A stretch of DNA of 64,000 nucleotides from NCBI GenBank assembly GCA_002633005.1, contig NMRA01000084.1, forward strand, positions 524,030 to 588,029, written 5' to 3'. Made by a program: the position numbers and the translations under genes. This stretch comes from Phoronis australis. Its lineage: Eukaryota; Animalia; Phoronida. Below the pieces are notes generated by a model. That model worked only from the letters and a program-made list of their open reading frames with translations. It was not told the origin of the DNA and ran no database searches. Every line of letters starts with the position of its first letter. The first letter of the stretch is position 1. This document shows, in pieces, positions 1-13,700 of the stretch.

Positions 1-639
1 GACACGACGGAGGAATTTCAACGAGATATGTGTACGTGTTAACATACATTCTCTTACAAACCAGGAGCGAGTGCTTGTAGTGCAGTGAATGCGCACATTT
101 TTTATTTGTATTTCGAATGAGGATTTCAGTCAGCCTTTCCAAGGATCGCCAATATCATTTCGCCATTATCTACATGCCACTTAATAAAAGTTCACATAAC
201 GCGTTACAAAATCCTGGCATTCAAAGGTTTTGCGTTCAGTCTGTTCACTTAAATTCCCAATTTTCTTTGAAGTAATCCTGGAAAACGAATCTGGGACCAC
301 TTATCTTTCTTTATCGGTCCAAAATTTAAACACCAGCTCTTAGTCTAAATAAAACAAAAAACAACTGGATAATTCGTAACGTGCATTTTAAAATATTGTC
401 TGTAAATAGCGTTCGGTTCATGGGAACAATTAACTTAATTTCCAAAACACTCTGAAAATAGAATATAACAATATCGACTGCCAGTGACGAGTATTGGGTT
501 AATCAAAGTGAAAAAACATACAGTGTATAATTACAAAACGGATATTTTATAGTTAAAGATTTATTTGCAAACTATTCACTGTCTTGTTGCCACGTAACGT
601 ATAATGTTGTTTCCCACTTAAAATGATCGAGTACGCCAA

Positions 640-2310
640 CAAACTTGTTTAATTTTGGACGGTTCTGAATTATCTCATAGATCACATTTGAATTTAATTG
701 ACCAATTTGCGACATTTTCTGGTTTAATTGAATATCGAGAAAACAAGATGTGTCTGGATTGGTTCATAAAAGATTCTGACGAAAAACTTTGTGTCAATGG
801 AAACCTGTTATGGACTAATAAACCTATCATGTTTTTGGGAATTAAATTCTCCACTGATTGTTATACAATGCCAGATATTAACTATAGTGGCAGGCTTTTG
901 GAAATTAAGAAAATGGTGGGCTCTTGGTCAAGAAGAATTTTTACTGTTTTAGGTAAAACAACCTTGGTTAAGACAGTTTTGTTGCCACGATTGTTCATTT
1001 GCTTTAACCCTTCACTAGCCCCTCCACTGACATGATTCAAGAATTAGAGCGGGTTTTTTGACTTCATTTGGAATGGGAAGAATGACAGAGTTAGCCGAAA
1101 TAAAATTGTACAAAATCAGGATAGTGGTGGTCTAAAAAATGGTTCATGTTTGTTTTCTTTTTGTTAAGTCTTTGAAAATATCGTGGCTTCGTAAACTATT
1201 CACCTCAAATACCACACGTGACCTTGCAGAGGTAGTTTTGGGTTGTAAAGTTGATAACTTTTTTTTAAAAATAGAGGAAGCTTTCCTTAAAAAATCGCTG
1301 AAAGAACCGACGATCTGTTCTGGAAGGAAGTTTAAGCGATGTTGAACTCTTTTTTCAAATGTGTGACAAAAATGAAAATATTCACTCTCCCCTGTGGTAT
1401 AATTCAAAGATTAAAGTCGGTAGAAAATGTATTTTCTACAAGACCTGGTATAAAATGGATGTCTATCGTGTGTGCGATTTGTGTAATGCTGAAGGTTCTT
1501 TTATGTCATACGAAAAACTTTGTAACAGTTATAACTTTCAACCTTCAATACTAGAATTTCAACTTTTGCAGCGTACATGGGTCTTAAGAATAGACTAGAC
1601 ATTATCTTTTTCCCAAATTTTCCATGTTATTTTAATAAAAATTTGCATAATAAATCACAAGCGGTAACTATTTATGACACCATAGTACACACACTTCTGA
1701 CATCTTGTAAATATAAAAACAAGTGGTCATCTGAGATAGATATAAGCGTTATGATGTAAATTTTAGTGACTCTTGATACATGGTGGAGAAAAGTAAATAA
1801 ACTCGCGTTCAATTGTACAAAAGATACAAAATTGCGTTGGTTTCAATTCTGCTTAATTCACAGAATATTGCCAACGAATAATTATTTGCATAAAATCAAA
1901 ATAAAACAACAAGTGATTTATGCTCTTTCTGTGGTGAACACCTTGAAACTTTTCTCCATCTGTTTTGGGAATGTCGCCTTGTCTCCAGTTTTTGGCTCCT
2001 GTTTGCTGAATGGTTCAAACAGACGTAAATTATCGTGTGCACAAAATAACAGTGTTTTTGGGTTTTTTGGAAAACGAAAAATTGTAACATTAATCTATTG
2101 ATTAATCTAGCAGAATTACATATTTAGCCACCAAAAGTTTGTTAAAAAGTCTCATAATTTTCACATGTTCGTAAACTTTATTAAATTACATCCTGAAGAA
2201 AATACGGTACTTTTTGATTAATGATTTAATGTTATTCTTTGTAAATGATGTATTCTGTATTGTTTTATGTGACTTCTAATTATCATGCTAGAGCAAAATA
2301 AAAATATTAA
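640..2310 (+). mobile_element. Degenerate, 5'-truncated non-LTR retrotransposon (L1/Tx1-like ORF2, 3' half)
   Basis: Frameshifted ORF pieces match L1/Tx1 ORF2 motifs: FLGIKF...WSRRIFTVLGKTTLVKTVLLPRL; DFIWNGKNDRV...QDSGGL; TKDTKLRWFQFCLIHRILPTN. A zinc-finger-like CSFCGEHLETFLHLFWEC starts at ~1921. An A-rich end lies near 2295-2310. Confidence 0.85.
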
Positions 2311-2944
2311 AAATTTTTCTCCCACTCCTTAGTAATTCCCAATATGTTTGTAATGCCATATCTAAATATTTGAATACTTACAATTAGAACTACTTACATA
2401 TATATAGTTCTATGTATATTACTTTCATCTACCAACTGTCTTCAACTCAGATATAATGCTTCGCGATTTCTGGGTTTGTCATTATTTCCGTTGTATCTTC
2501 TGTGTATTCTTCAAATATATACATGTATACCACCTTGAAAAAAGTTCCAAAGTTTTTTCCTATGATTATCGATTGCTAAATTGACCGAAATGTTGTTTCA
2601 AGTGTTTCAACCAATAAACATGTGAGTTGCATACTGATGTAAAGGTTTTTATTAATAAACAACAATATTGTTCAAATAACAGAAAAAGGCAACGCAGTGA
2701 ACAGTAAAACATGATGACTAAAGATATTTAGATTTTAAATTGCAGAATATATGATGTCATGTAAGTTACAGTGCATTAAGCAAAAATAATCTGACGAAAG
2801 CTTTTCCTCGTCATGACGGCTAGTTCTGTAAACAGAGAAAAATAATTTGTAATAACTGTTCTCGGGGATTCTAATTACAAAACGGCTTGGTCACATTACT
2901 AACTTCCCTGTTAATTCATCTCATTCTCAGTCATGAGTGAAGAC

Positions 2945-3111
2945 CAGTGCCGTAGTGGTAAAATTAGAGGTAAGTAGGCGCCCAAAGCCCACCGTATTAC
3001 CATGCAGTTGAGCACTGAACGTACATGTAGCTAAGGTGCATTGGCGCTACGTTCAAATGCCAGAAGGTGGTTGGCTGCGCACAGGTGCGCCTATGCCCCA
3101 ATACAGCACTG
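2945..3111. mobile_element. hAT-type MITE family A, copy 1
   Basis: TIRs cagtgccgtagtgg / ccaatacagcactg with a perfect 8-bp TSD gtgaagac (2937-2944, 3112-3119). Three more copies occur in the window. Confidence 0.88.
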
Positions 3112-3838
3112 GTGAAGACTACTATGACGATGAATTTTTTTTCTACTAGCCGTCATGACGGGGTATTGCGAGTCATCTTGTTTGAATACTTTTTGCTTTT
3201 ACTTTACCTGAAATGTACATACACATGCGACCAATGTTGGATTCAAATTCAAATTATCTTGAATACCTGCAAGACTTTTATATTAAGGACATTGCGAGGT
3301 TGTTAGCATGGAAACTGTCAAACATTGAAGATAGTGGGGACATAATGGCGAGATGGGGTGCAATTTTCAATTTCCCGGTTTAAATTTGGGTCGCTTTGTC
3401 ACCATTTGGATAGAAATTTAGCGTGTTATTTGAGAAAAAATGGGATGGGTCGCAAAATCCCTGTTTTTGCTTAATATAGGTTTCTGTAGGATAATAGTGT
3501 GCGCGGTATGAATATCAAAGAGAGCTTAAAGCGTAAACAAATTTAGATACCTCGGAAATCGGACAGTATCAAATTTCATTTACAGTAGATGTTTTCCAGG
3601 CAAGGGATCAACTTTTAACCCTCAGCTATGGGGGCGATTTTTTTCTTGCCTCAACTTCGGTTGCATTTTGTGTTATGGCCAGCTCGCTTCAAATTTGAAA
3701 GACCTCCTACCCTGTAAAAGACGACGCTCTCTGTTGCGTTTTTTTTAATTTCCGTATATGTTGTAATGCCGTGACAGCCGATAAGGAAGACAAGTATTGT
3801 CTCGTAAAACTATACAATATGCAGAACGGCAAGCCACG

Positions 3839-3954
3839 CATGGGCGGTGCAGCCCACCCTCCCCCTGTGGTGCACCGCCCATAGACCATGGTCGGTTCAG
3901 CACTGAAAAAAGTGGGGGATAGAGCTCCCAGCACCCTATGGTGCACCGCCCGTA
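3839..3954. mobile_element. Small MITE family B (CATGGGCGG termini)
   Basis: Inverted ends catgggcggtgca ... tgcaccgcccgta. Homologous, in reverse orientation, to 29496-29640. Confidence 0.65.
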
Positions 3955-4709
3955 TGACTACCTGTGAAGGGCTGATGGGGTCATATAGTACCATCTGTTC
4001 GTTTCAAAAAGCCCGGTTATTTCATTGTTTCAATAGAGGGCTCTGCAAGTTTGTAGATTTTTTTAACCTTTCTACATGTATGCGATTTCGTACCACAATA
4101 TTCTATCGATTTTTCTCCACTGGCGATGACGAATGTTCTGACTGAAGATCTACGAAAAATCGTCTATTACAGCATTCAATTTGCAGTTAATATCGTACAG
4201 CTGTTACGATTAGGTGAATTGTTTAGAATGATGAAACCTGAGTGTCGATGACTATTTGCCGTTAGTTGAGCGTGTGTGCCAAATGAAATACATGTTTTTT
4301 ACAGTAGCTCTTTGGTGTGTTCTATCTTGCTCGGAAACCAAGTCTGAAGACTGATCAGATTAAGAAAATATTATTCCAGGCAATTTTTTTGGCAAAAATG
4401 CTGCGCCCAATTTTCACCTATTCCTTAATATAAAGTAACCTGGAATATTATTAACTGTTGTGATCAGACTCCTGGAAGTTTGCGAACAATATGGTCGTCT
4501 AAACCAATGAGCACGGTGATAGTCGTGGGTTGTTCTATCAAGATTCAGGCTATGCACTTAAATCGGTTTGCAAATTGCGATTGGAGATATGATGGTGATG
4601 CCTCAATCATAATCGCGTACGCTGCGTAACATAATTATTGTAAGCCCTATATTCATGTACACAAAGGATTGCGCATCATCGAACCAGCTGCTGATGAGTT
4701 AAAGACCTG

Positions 4710-5090
4710 GGCCCGGTCTCCAATCTTTTTACTCGAAATGGAACTCGAAATTAGGTTTGGCATTTTCTACTCTACTTTTGGGCGAACTCAAGATAAGTGT
4801 CTATCATTCTATGCTCGAGTACAAAATAACTTACGTAGATAATTTATTGCCCTTAGTTCACAGTTTGTAAACCCAATATTAAAGCCATAAGTTCGAGTTT
4901 TTACTCGTGTTTGCAGCACGAATATAAGGGTCTTCAAGGGCAAACTTGAACTAAAAACTCTTATGCATAAACTATAATGTCTTCGAGCACAGTCTGATAA
5001 CCAATTATCTTAAGTTCGCACAAAAGAAGCAGAGAAATTGCCAAAAATAGTTTCGAGTTCGTTTCAAGGACAAAGATTAGAGACCGGGCC
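4710..5090. mobile_element. PIF/Harbinger-type MITE
   Basis: TIRs ggcccggtctccaatcttt / aaagattagagaccgggcc, with imperfect inverted similarity extending ~100 bp. 3-bp CTG TSD on both sides. Confidence 0.8.
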
Positions 5091-5296
5091 CTGGTCGCAC
5101 GCGTTCAACCTTTATTAAATGGTTAGAGAATGTTATAAGGATCCAAGAAGTACCTACCCCATAACTAATACACATTCCGTACTCGAAAAAAGTTTAAACT
5201 TTAATGAACGCGCCACTCACGATTCGCACCCAAAGAACCACCGCCATTTTGAACTTGCCGCGAACCCGGAAGTACAATTCATTCAGGAACCCAGGC

Positions 5297-6102
5297 NNNN
5301 NNNNNNNNNNNNNNNNNNNNNNNNNNNNNNNNNNNNNNNNNNNNNNNNNNNNNNNNNNNNNNNNNNNNNNNNNNNNNNNNNNNNNNNNNNNNNNNNNNNN
5401 NNNNNNNNNNNNNNNNNNNNNNNNNNNNNNNNNNNNNNNNNNNNNNNNNNNNNNNNNNNNNNNNNNNNNNNNNNNNNNNNNNNNNNNNNNNNNNNNNNNN
5501 NNNNNNNNNNNNNNNNNNNNNNNNNNNNNNNNNNNNNNNNNNNNNNNNNNNNNNNNNNNNNNNNNNNNNNNNNNNNNNNNNNNNNNNNNNNNNNNNNNNN
5601 NNNNNNNNNNNNNNNNNNNNNNNNNNNNNNNNNNNNNNNNNNNNNNNNNNNNNNNNNNNNNNNNNNNNNNNNNNNNNNNNNNNNNNNNNNNNNNNNNNNN
5701 NNNNNNNNNNNNNNNNNNNNNNNNNNNNNNNNNNNNNNNNNNNNNNNNNNNNNNNNNNNNNNNNNNNNNNNNNNNNNNNNNNNNNNNNNNNNNNNNNNNN
5801 NNNNNNNNNNNNNNNNNNNNNNNNNNNNNNNNNNNNNNNNNNNNNNNNNNNNNNNNNNNNNNNNNNNNNNNNNNNNNNNNNNNNNNNNNNNNNNNNNNNN
5901 NNNNNNNNNNNNNNNNNNNNNNNNNNNNNNNNNNNNNNNNNNNNNNNNNNNNNNNNNNNNNNNNNNNNNNNNNNNNNNNNNNNNNNNNNNNNNNNNNNNN
6001 NNNNNNNNNNNNNNNNNNNNNNNNNNNNNNNNNNNNNNNNNNNNNNNNNNNNNNNNNNNNNNNNNNNNNNNNNNNNNNNNNNNNNNNNNNNNNNNNNNNN
6101 NN
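5297..6102. other. Assembly gap (run of N)
   Basis: 806 n characters. Confidence 1.
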
Positions 6103-8851
6103 GTCCAGATTTTTCTCGTTGCGGGGTGCGATCTAGCGCAGATTTTGACTTAATCTGCGGTTAATCCCGACTCCGAGTCCACAGGAACTTAAGAATCTTA
6201 GGAAAGGCTATTTGGGAGGATTAAAGGTAATTTGAGTCGAAACTATTTTTACTCAAGAATTCAAGTTGTCCTATCGACGATCGCGAAGCAGCGACGCATC
6301 AGTCGGCAAGTTTTCGCCCTGGGATTTCAGCACATTTTTTTAAAAAGATCGTAATTTAACAACAGAGTTTGATAGCAATGCACCACAGTTTTGTAGCTAG
6401 TCTGTCATAGGTTCCACATACGTCACAGCGCGTAAATTTGATGAATCCTAGCTTCCGATTTCACCCGTTTCGGAGACCAGGTTTTAACTGCCGTAGGCTA
6501 CAAAAAGAGTCCCCCTGGGCGCTTCTTAGAGCGAATACGGTAGCCCTAATAGATGGTGACATCAGTGCACGAAACGATGATTTTTATTTAAATTAGCAGC
6601 AAGTTTGTGGTGACTGGCGCCAATGGCCAGGTGACCGAACTTCGGGCTTGGCGAGTAGATTTTCTGGCTCCGGCACTCGCCCAGCTGGCGAGCAGGGTTT
6701 TTCAAGACTAAAAGCCTGGGTATATCCCTGACTTCCACACTTTTTCAAAACAGGGAAAACTACTAAGGAATGGCGGAGGAGGGTAAAAGTCTAGTTGCCG
6801 TAAGTATTGGTATGTTTTTGGTGATCGATTCAACATCAGACAACTTGATATTTGGTAACGTTGATAAGTCTTTTGACCACAACACCTTGCAGGACGATGC
6901 CATGTTTGTCAAGGCGCCTCGTTTTCGATCAACACGACAGCAGCGCCCCGCGTTCGTGAAAGTGGTGAATACAGCTTTGCGCCAAGGCTACCCTGAGGCC
7001 TAACTGGTCGCTGGCCACAGCGCTCGCTCAAACGAGGTTTATTTAGAACTTGGGTACAGGTACTTCTGGCGAACTGCGCAATGTTGTTGGCTTTCAGCAG
7101 ATATTTGCCCAGACTTTGTATGAGCGCACCAAGCCTAAAAGAATGGGGGGCTGGAATTTTTGGGAATGTCTATCTTTTACTATAAGATCCACTGGGTATG
7201 TTCAGAGCTATGAATTGCAGACGCTAAATTTTGGTACTTCCTGTCTTCTAGTGGAGTATTGTCTCATTTTCTACTTTTTTCTGAATTCGTGCTTCTCTGA
7301 GTGAGGCAGACCTTTTTCCAGTTCTCCAAATAGGGAGCCACTTCGAGCACATAAGTATGACAAGTTCAATACAAAATGTTATCATTTTTTTATTCATTAA
7401 CTCAAAATGATTCAAAATTTTAACATAATAAGTAACTTAATACGCACAATACTTAACAACATTTAGCATTACAAACACTATTCAACAGCAACAGTTTCCA
7501 TGATATGAGAGTGAACATACATGTAACTATCACCATAGTGACGAATAGTGTTTCCTTACACCAGAATTTGACAAGCATGATAAAAAATATGAAGTTGCAA
7601 GGAACAACAATTAGAGGCTTGAAGCTTCACAATCCAACATAGCGTATTTCTCAAATCAAGATTATTCATATTGTTGACTTGATAACCTGAATTAAGAAGC
7701 AATAAGTTACAAAACATGACTTGAAAGCAATTGAGACTTAAAATTTTTAAAAAAATATTAATCATTTTGTGACACCGAATCAAGTCTTGAACAGCAGTTG
7801 ACAGTCAAACAAAAAACCATTTCAAAATTATTTCAACTATCTCTTTTGCTTAATTCGAATATATCTTATATTTTTGCACAAAAACACGAAAATTAAACAC
7901 AGATTCGTTTTTGTAGAAACGTTTGTCAAAATGTAAACGTTAAATCTTCACAAATTGCAAAGTAGCCAATTGAACATGCCTTTCAGTTTAGCAAAAGTCG
8001 CCATGTTGTCGGTGACGCCAGAAATGAGACGAAGTCCAACGGGAATTGTGAGGACATTCATCACTTAATGAGTAACAACTGCGAGGCTGAAATTTGGTGA
8101 ACAATGTTGAATCGTGCAGAATAATAAGTAAAGATATGTCTAACTAAATTTCATCGTAATTTTTTGACGAAAACAGTTTACACAAAGTTTTTAACTCATA
8201 ACTTATCCCGCTGTCCTCCAATATGGCCGACGCGATCCAAACAAAGTGACCCAAATTTGGCCACAAAACTTGTAAAATTAATTTACAGTGCTTGCCCCGA
8301 TTTTGATACTTTTTCGATTTTTACTGAGTAGAATGCACTTCCTTTTCGATGATAGCAAAGTACTTTTTCAAAACGAGAAAAAAAATCAAAACGAAAAAGA
8401 ATTGGTTCGACCCATATTGGTTCCTAGGTTCGACCGGCCTACGTAAGGAACTAAACACCAATGATATTTTAATATACTAACTACGCGTAACATTGCAAAA
8501 AAATCAATGACCTCTAACTACAAACTATAAATAAACTACAATGCAAACAAATCACGGGATATTACTAATAAAACAAAATAGTGACGACTTTTCGAGCAAG
8601 CGACAGCACATTCAGTTACAAGGAAAAATGGCGGCGTTCAGGAAAAGTTCCTGAACTGGTGAGCCGGAAATGTGGGTACGGAAATAACCGATGACAGCCG
8701 GTAATTATACGCTCACAGAGAATGGTCAAATACTGTTAAAATCTCTTTTGGCAAGAAAGGCGAAAAGAATATAAAGAAAGGGTGTCGAAAATAAGATTTC
8801 ATGTAGTAAGTATTTTCGGATACTGGAACCACATGGGCATTTTGAGACCAG

Positions 8852-9099
8852 GGGCCCGTTCCAACAAAACTGACTTAGCTAAGACAAATCTTAAGTTTTT
8901 GTAAACTTTAAAATAAAAGTTAAATTTGTCTCAAAACCAATTCAAGAAAGAGATCTTAAGTTTGTTTTAAGTGTTTGACATAAGTTTTGTCTTAATTTTG
9001 ACTTACTTGCCTAATGTGGAAGTTTCAAAGTTTGGAAGTTAAGACAAATCTTAAACTTAAGTCAAAAATGAACTTAAGTCAGTTTCTTGGAACAGGCCC
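8852..9099. mobile_element. PIF/Harbinger-type MITE
   Basis: TIRs gggcccgttccaacaaaactgactta / taagtcagtttcttggaacaggccc, a CAG TSD on both sides, and internal ttaagacaaatcttaa repeats. Confidence 0.8.
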
Positions 9100-10630
9100 C
9101 AGATCTTTAAACGGTAGCAACGCAAACGTTTTCGCAGAACTTGACGGCGGGTACTGAAAAGTTGTTACCTTTTCCCATCCCCGATTTGTGCATACATAAA
9201 TACGAATGAGCATTTGAATGTCAGAAAGCAAAAAGTTTAACAAAACGGAGGACGTCTCGAAAATGAACTTCATGCGGTGCAAATTTTGCGTAACTTTAAT
9301 AATTTGGAAATGTCACTTGTCTGAAGTGTGTGTAAAATTCAACTACATAAATAACACTCATTAAATTTAGAAGTTTTCATTGCAGAGTATTTAGTTCATT
9401 TTGTTGGAAATTGCAAAATCTGTTGTTCTGTGTGTGCGACTACAGATATGATAGACACTCGTTGGCGATAGGCATTTTTAAAAACATTTATTTCGCGTTT
9501 CATCCTAATTTCGGTAAAATATAATATCAAAATAAACAAAAGTCACTAGCGGTCTACTTTTTGGGTCCGGAAATCGGCCGTATTTTAATGAGGAAGCTGG
9601 TAATTTATTAAACCACCCGCTACACATCCTCTGTTTGTTTGGACGAAACCAGGCATCCAAGAAAATTTACAAATGTTTAATTCTTCGTGGTTGTCTGACA
9701 GTTCATTGCGGATTACCGAAGCCCCTGGAAGCGGAATCTTAATCAGCAATTAATTTGTGAAATGAAAGGTGCCTCAACCAAATGAATTGGCTATTGATCA
9801 TTTGTTCCTATTTGAATAGCTGACTACCTGCGCCATACTGAAATTCTCTGTTCCGCCAGACGACGATCGCGTCTTTCAAATTGGTGGACAGGCGTTCAGC
9901 GTCAGCTACAGATCCCTTGTAATACGGACGGGAGGTTTCAATCAAGTGGTATAAACGGTAATTTAACACCTTTCCTGCTAACATAATGCCGGCCAATTTT
10001 CAGATATGCGGTGGGATATAATAATGGCTTACAGAAAAATGCAAACCTGGCGAAATGACAATGGATGAACACATAGCACCCTATACATTTTTCACTACGA
10101 AAAAAGAATTCGCCAAAACTGAGTAGGGATCAAGCGGAAGTCGCTTTCTCTTCTTCATTACTCTAGAGACCGCTAATATGAAAAGTAGCTTGTTGACAAT
10201 TATGCCATTGACACATATCGGACAATGCTCGTCCGATCCCGACGACTTTGTTCAGTCAGCCTGGCCATGGCTTGATCAACCGATAGCGGACTCAAGCTGT
10301 TCGTTGATTGCTGACGCAGTCACCCGTTCGGTGCTTAACTGATCTCTCGATAATAGTCCAATTGTACGCCAGTATGGCCTAGCTTTTATGTAACTTTTAC
10401 ATAAAGCGAGGTCTAGAATTAGTTTTAGGTCCATTATTGAGGATATGCCACGCATCCTGATACATAACGCCTAGGGCACGCTGTCTTGTGACCGCGGAAC
10501 CCAAGCATCTATTGTTTCCGAGACCTTTGGTCTCTGTCGTAGATAAGCATCTGCTCTTACGCAGTAAGACTATTATGGTCGGAGCTCGCTGTGTATTACT
10601 TTGTTGCACGACTGTTCACTGAACGTGACC

Positions 10631-10763
10631 ATGGGTCCGTGGGTGCACAGATTGGTTACTTTTCTGGTCGGTGCTCTAGGGATGGCGGTCTTGAGTGTTG
10701 TGGCCGCCTTCAATGTTTATTCCAACGCCCTGAAGACGAGATTTAACTACACTCAATCGGAAG
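10631..10763 (+). CDS. MFS transporter exon 1 (MGPWVHRLVTFLVG...YTQSE)
   Basis: accATGg Kozak context, first TM helix, donor aag|gtgagt. Confidence 0.85.
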
Positions 10764-13700
10764 GTGAGTCGAGTACCTTAAAATTTTCAGCAATAAGGCC
10801 GATAGTGGAATTGAGACTTTGGCTGAGGCGATTTTTATAATCGCATTAGCGGGTATAGTTAGCTAATTTCCAGCAGGTCATTTAGACTTGTCCAAAAGAC
10901 TATGTACTTTATTCGCTGTTTAGTCAAACCGTGTCGCGGCCGTCATGAGCTTGACCGAAAGGTCTTTGTTTTTCGTTCTTTTCAACGGCATATGCCGTGT
11001 ATTTCAACTGTTGTGTATAACGTTACTTCCAAAAACACTTGACTGACAAATGCATAGTGCTTGGTTGTGCAGCTGAGCATTGTACACACAACGCTGCTAT
11101 CAACGTACATGTACTAGGTACCTGCAGGAATAGAATGATTACATGATTATGTAGGTCAGAGTTCACATTTGTACCGAGGATATGTACTCGAGACGATTGA
11201 TTATAAGGTCCAGTTATACAGGTGTTTCACAAGCTGAAACGTTATTCTCCGTACCTAAGACAAAAAATATGTCAGTATGCATGCGCGCACCCAGCCTTTA
11301 ATATGGAGGGCTCGAATTTCCGACGATGTGGACCTTTTACCTACAAATGAAAGCCGAAGGATTAAAAAAACGGGATACCACGTCCAGAACTGGGAATTGT
11401 GCGTTTGCGCCTTCTTAGTGGACTTTTTGTCTCGTTTTCTCGGACTTTTTGTTTCTCTGAGGCGGACTTTTTTGTCCACTTCACCAAATGGGGGGCTCTT
11501 TCGAGCCCCCCCCCCCTGGGTGCGCGCAAGGTATGGACTTGACAAGTTACGTTCGTGACATGCTTGCGCTATTTCATTACGGCGTTCTCCCGTTCAGCGA
11601 CTTTACCAGACATGAGGGTTGGCTCCTTCGTTAACTGCCCAGCCGTGACAGTCTTCTGTTCTGAATGACAACATGCAAGCCAAAAATCTCCAAGGCTTCA
11701 AATGGTTACCGAAACCTAGCAGAACTACTTTTGACACCAGGTAGAGGTTTTTATCAACAATAATGAATACTACGATGGTAACCGAGGTGTCGTGTTTTCT
11801 TCGTTTGTTAATAATCATTTTATCGGCGTTGAGACTTGACCATGAAAGGTTTAACTTCCAGCAAGCATTATTACTCCGAGAAGTCGAGGAGCACCCGAGC
11901 TGGTTTATTCAGTAAAGCCGTTCCACCCGCCCTTTTTATAAGAATGACGTGCTGCTTTTGAGGGTCACTCGTTCTGGATTTACCCAAAAAAACGTACGCA
12001 TCACCGAGGAACGGATCTCAGAGTCAGCAAGTTCGGCGTAGCTGACCCTATGAGCGTGAATGCCTGGATTTTAACGTCTACAGGTTAACAATTACACATC
12101 TCCACGCTTTGGAGTTATCAGGCATACTGCGCGCGAAAATCGGCACATGCAGGAACCATGTGACCTTAGCCGCGTTTGTGATAATGATTTATTGCGTGTA
12201 AGAATATAAAACTAACCCGTGAGTCGTAATATCTTTATTAAAATAGCATATATTGCTAAAAACAACTTATTGGATCAAATACAACAATTATCTATCTGTG
12301 TCATGGATGTAAGTGTTTTGAAACGTATGGTGGTTGTACCCTATTACCGACCGCGCCGTATGAACGTAGTCAAACTCACTCTGTTGGTAATACGTTCGGA
12401 CAGAATACATGTGGATTGCATTAACTTCCGTTGTAGTTGGACGATTTTGGTGATACAAAACCTTAACATGATCAGCATCTGACGAGGAAATTAGAAATGC
12501 TATTGGTTTATGTTGAAATATGTTATAACTTAACTTTTATTGTTAACAACACAGCCCAGTCAAGCTAGAAACGATCTGATCCGAGATTTGGACAAATATC
12601 GAACAAAAAAGAGCTGGCCCTCCAACCATGACAGAATTGACTTAATCAGTCGCGTAAGATACTGGCTACAGGAATCATTTTCTCACCTTGTTATTGGGCT
12701 ATAGAATGGAACAAGCTGAGCTCAACTGAAAAAAACGCCGTAATGTGTTATTTTTTGCGACATCTTCAAGCCGTGAGGACTGAGGTTCGCCGAAGCAGTA
12801 TTTGCTCAGAAATTCCTTTTGCTAACATTAACATATTAAAAACTTATAACGAAGCAAAACCAATTCCGATAATTTGTTGTGACATGCATGCACACTTGTG
12901 GAAGAAGAAAAGTTGCTAAAGAGTTGGTGGTGCTCCATTTCATGGCGTTGAAAGCCGATCGATCCACAAACTTAATACCAGAATAACGATTGAACGGCAA
13001 TTCTCTAACACTTGTAATTGATTTTATTTACTCGGGAAAGAGTGTAGTTTTTAATGACATTAGTTTTTGAGAGATTGTGTTTGGCCAGTTTTTACACATT
13101 TCAATGCAAACCTTTACAATTGTATACCTCTGTACATGCACCAATACTCCAGCTATATTGGCTATGCCGACAATGCCAAAAGCGGTGACGTCACTGACGA
13201 CAAGCACTTCAACAGACGCGATGCATACAGACAAGACTATTGACTTTACTGCTGCAGACACCAACAACGGCGTTGACAACGACAACGCCATCGCATTCAT
13301 TGCTAGAATCGCTTTCCTCCCCATCACCGTCACTTTTGCAACCAATTTCATTATTGTCATCATCATAAAACATTGATCACGAAATTGCTTAAGGACTGAA
13401 AGCTGGCACAACGTGTTCAATCGCCAATAAAACAAAGCATGGTCACTCAAAACATTTGCAGTAGTCAGAAAATCATGAATAATTTGAGAACTGTCATTCG
13501 AGATTTGTACACACACCCACTTCTAAACGATCTCTAGTAGGACAAGGGAATGCGAAGAGAAAATCGAAAATAGCCTCCACAGCGCCATCTTTTGTCCCGT
13601 CAGCCAAAACGCAACAATTTTCGGGGGAGAGTTCAGAAGTTAAGTATTGTATGCAAACGCCAAAAAATGCGCGAATGATTGGGAAACGCGAAACGGCTGC

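Noticed and set aside
5119-6153. 344-aa and 310-aa ORFs
   Set aside because: They are artefacts of translating through the N gap.
8620-8700. aaaatggcggc and ccggaa motifs as a promoter
   Set aside because: These short motifs are also common inside transposons, and no linked exon was found.
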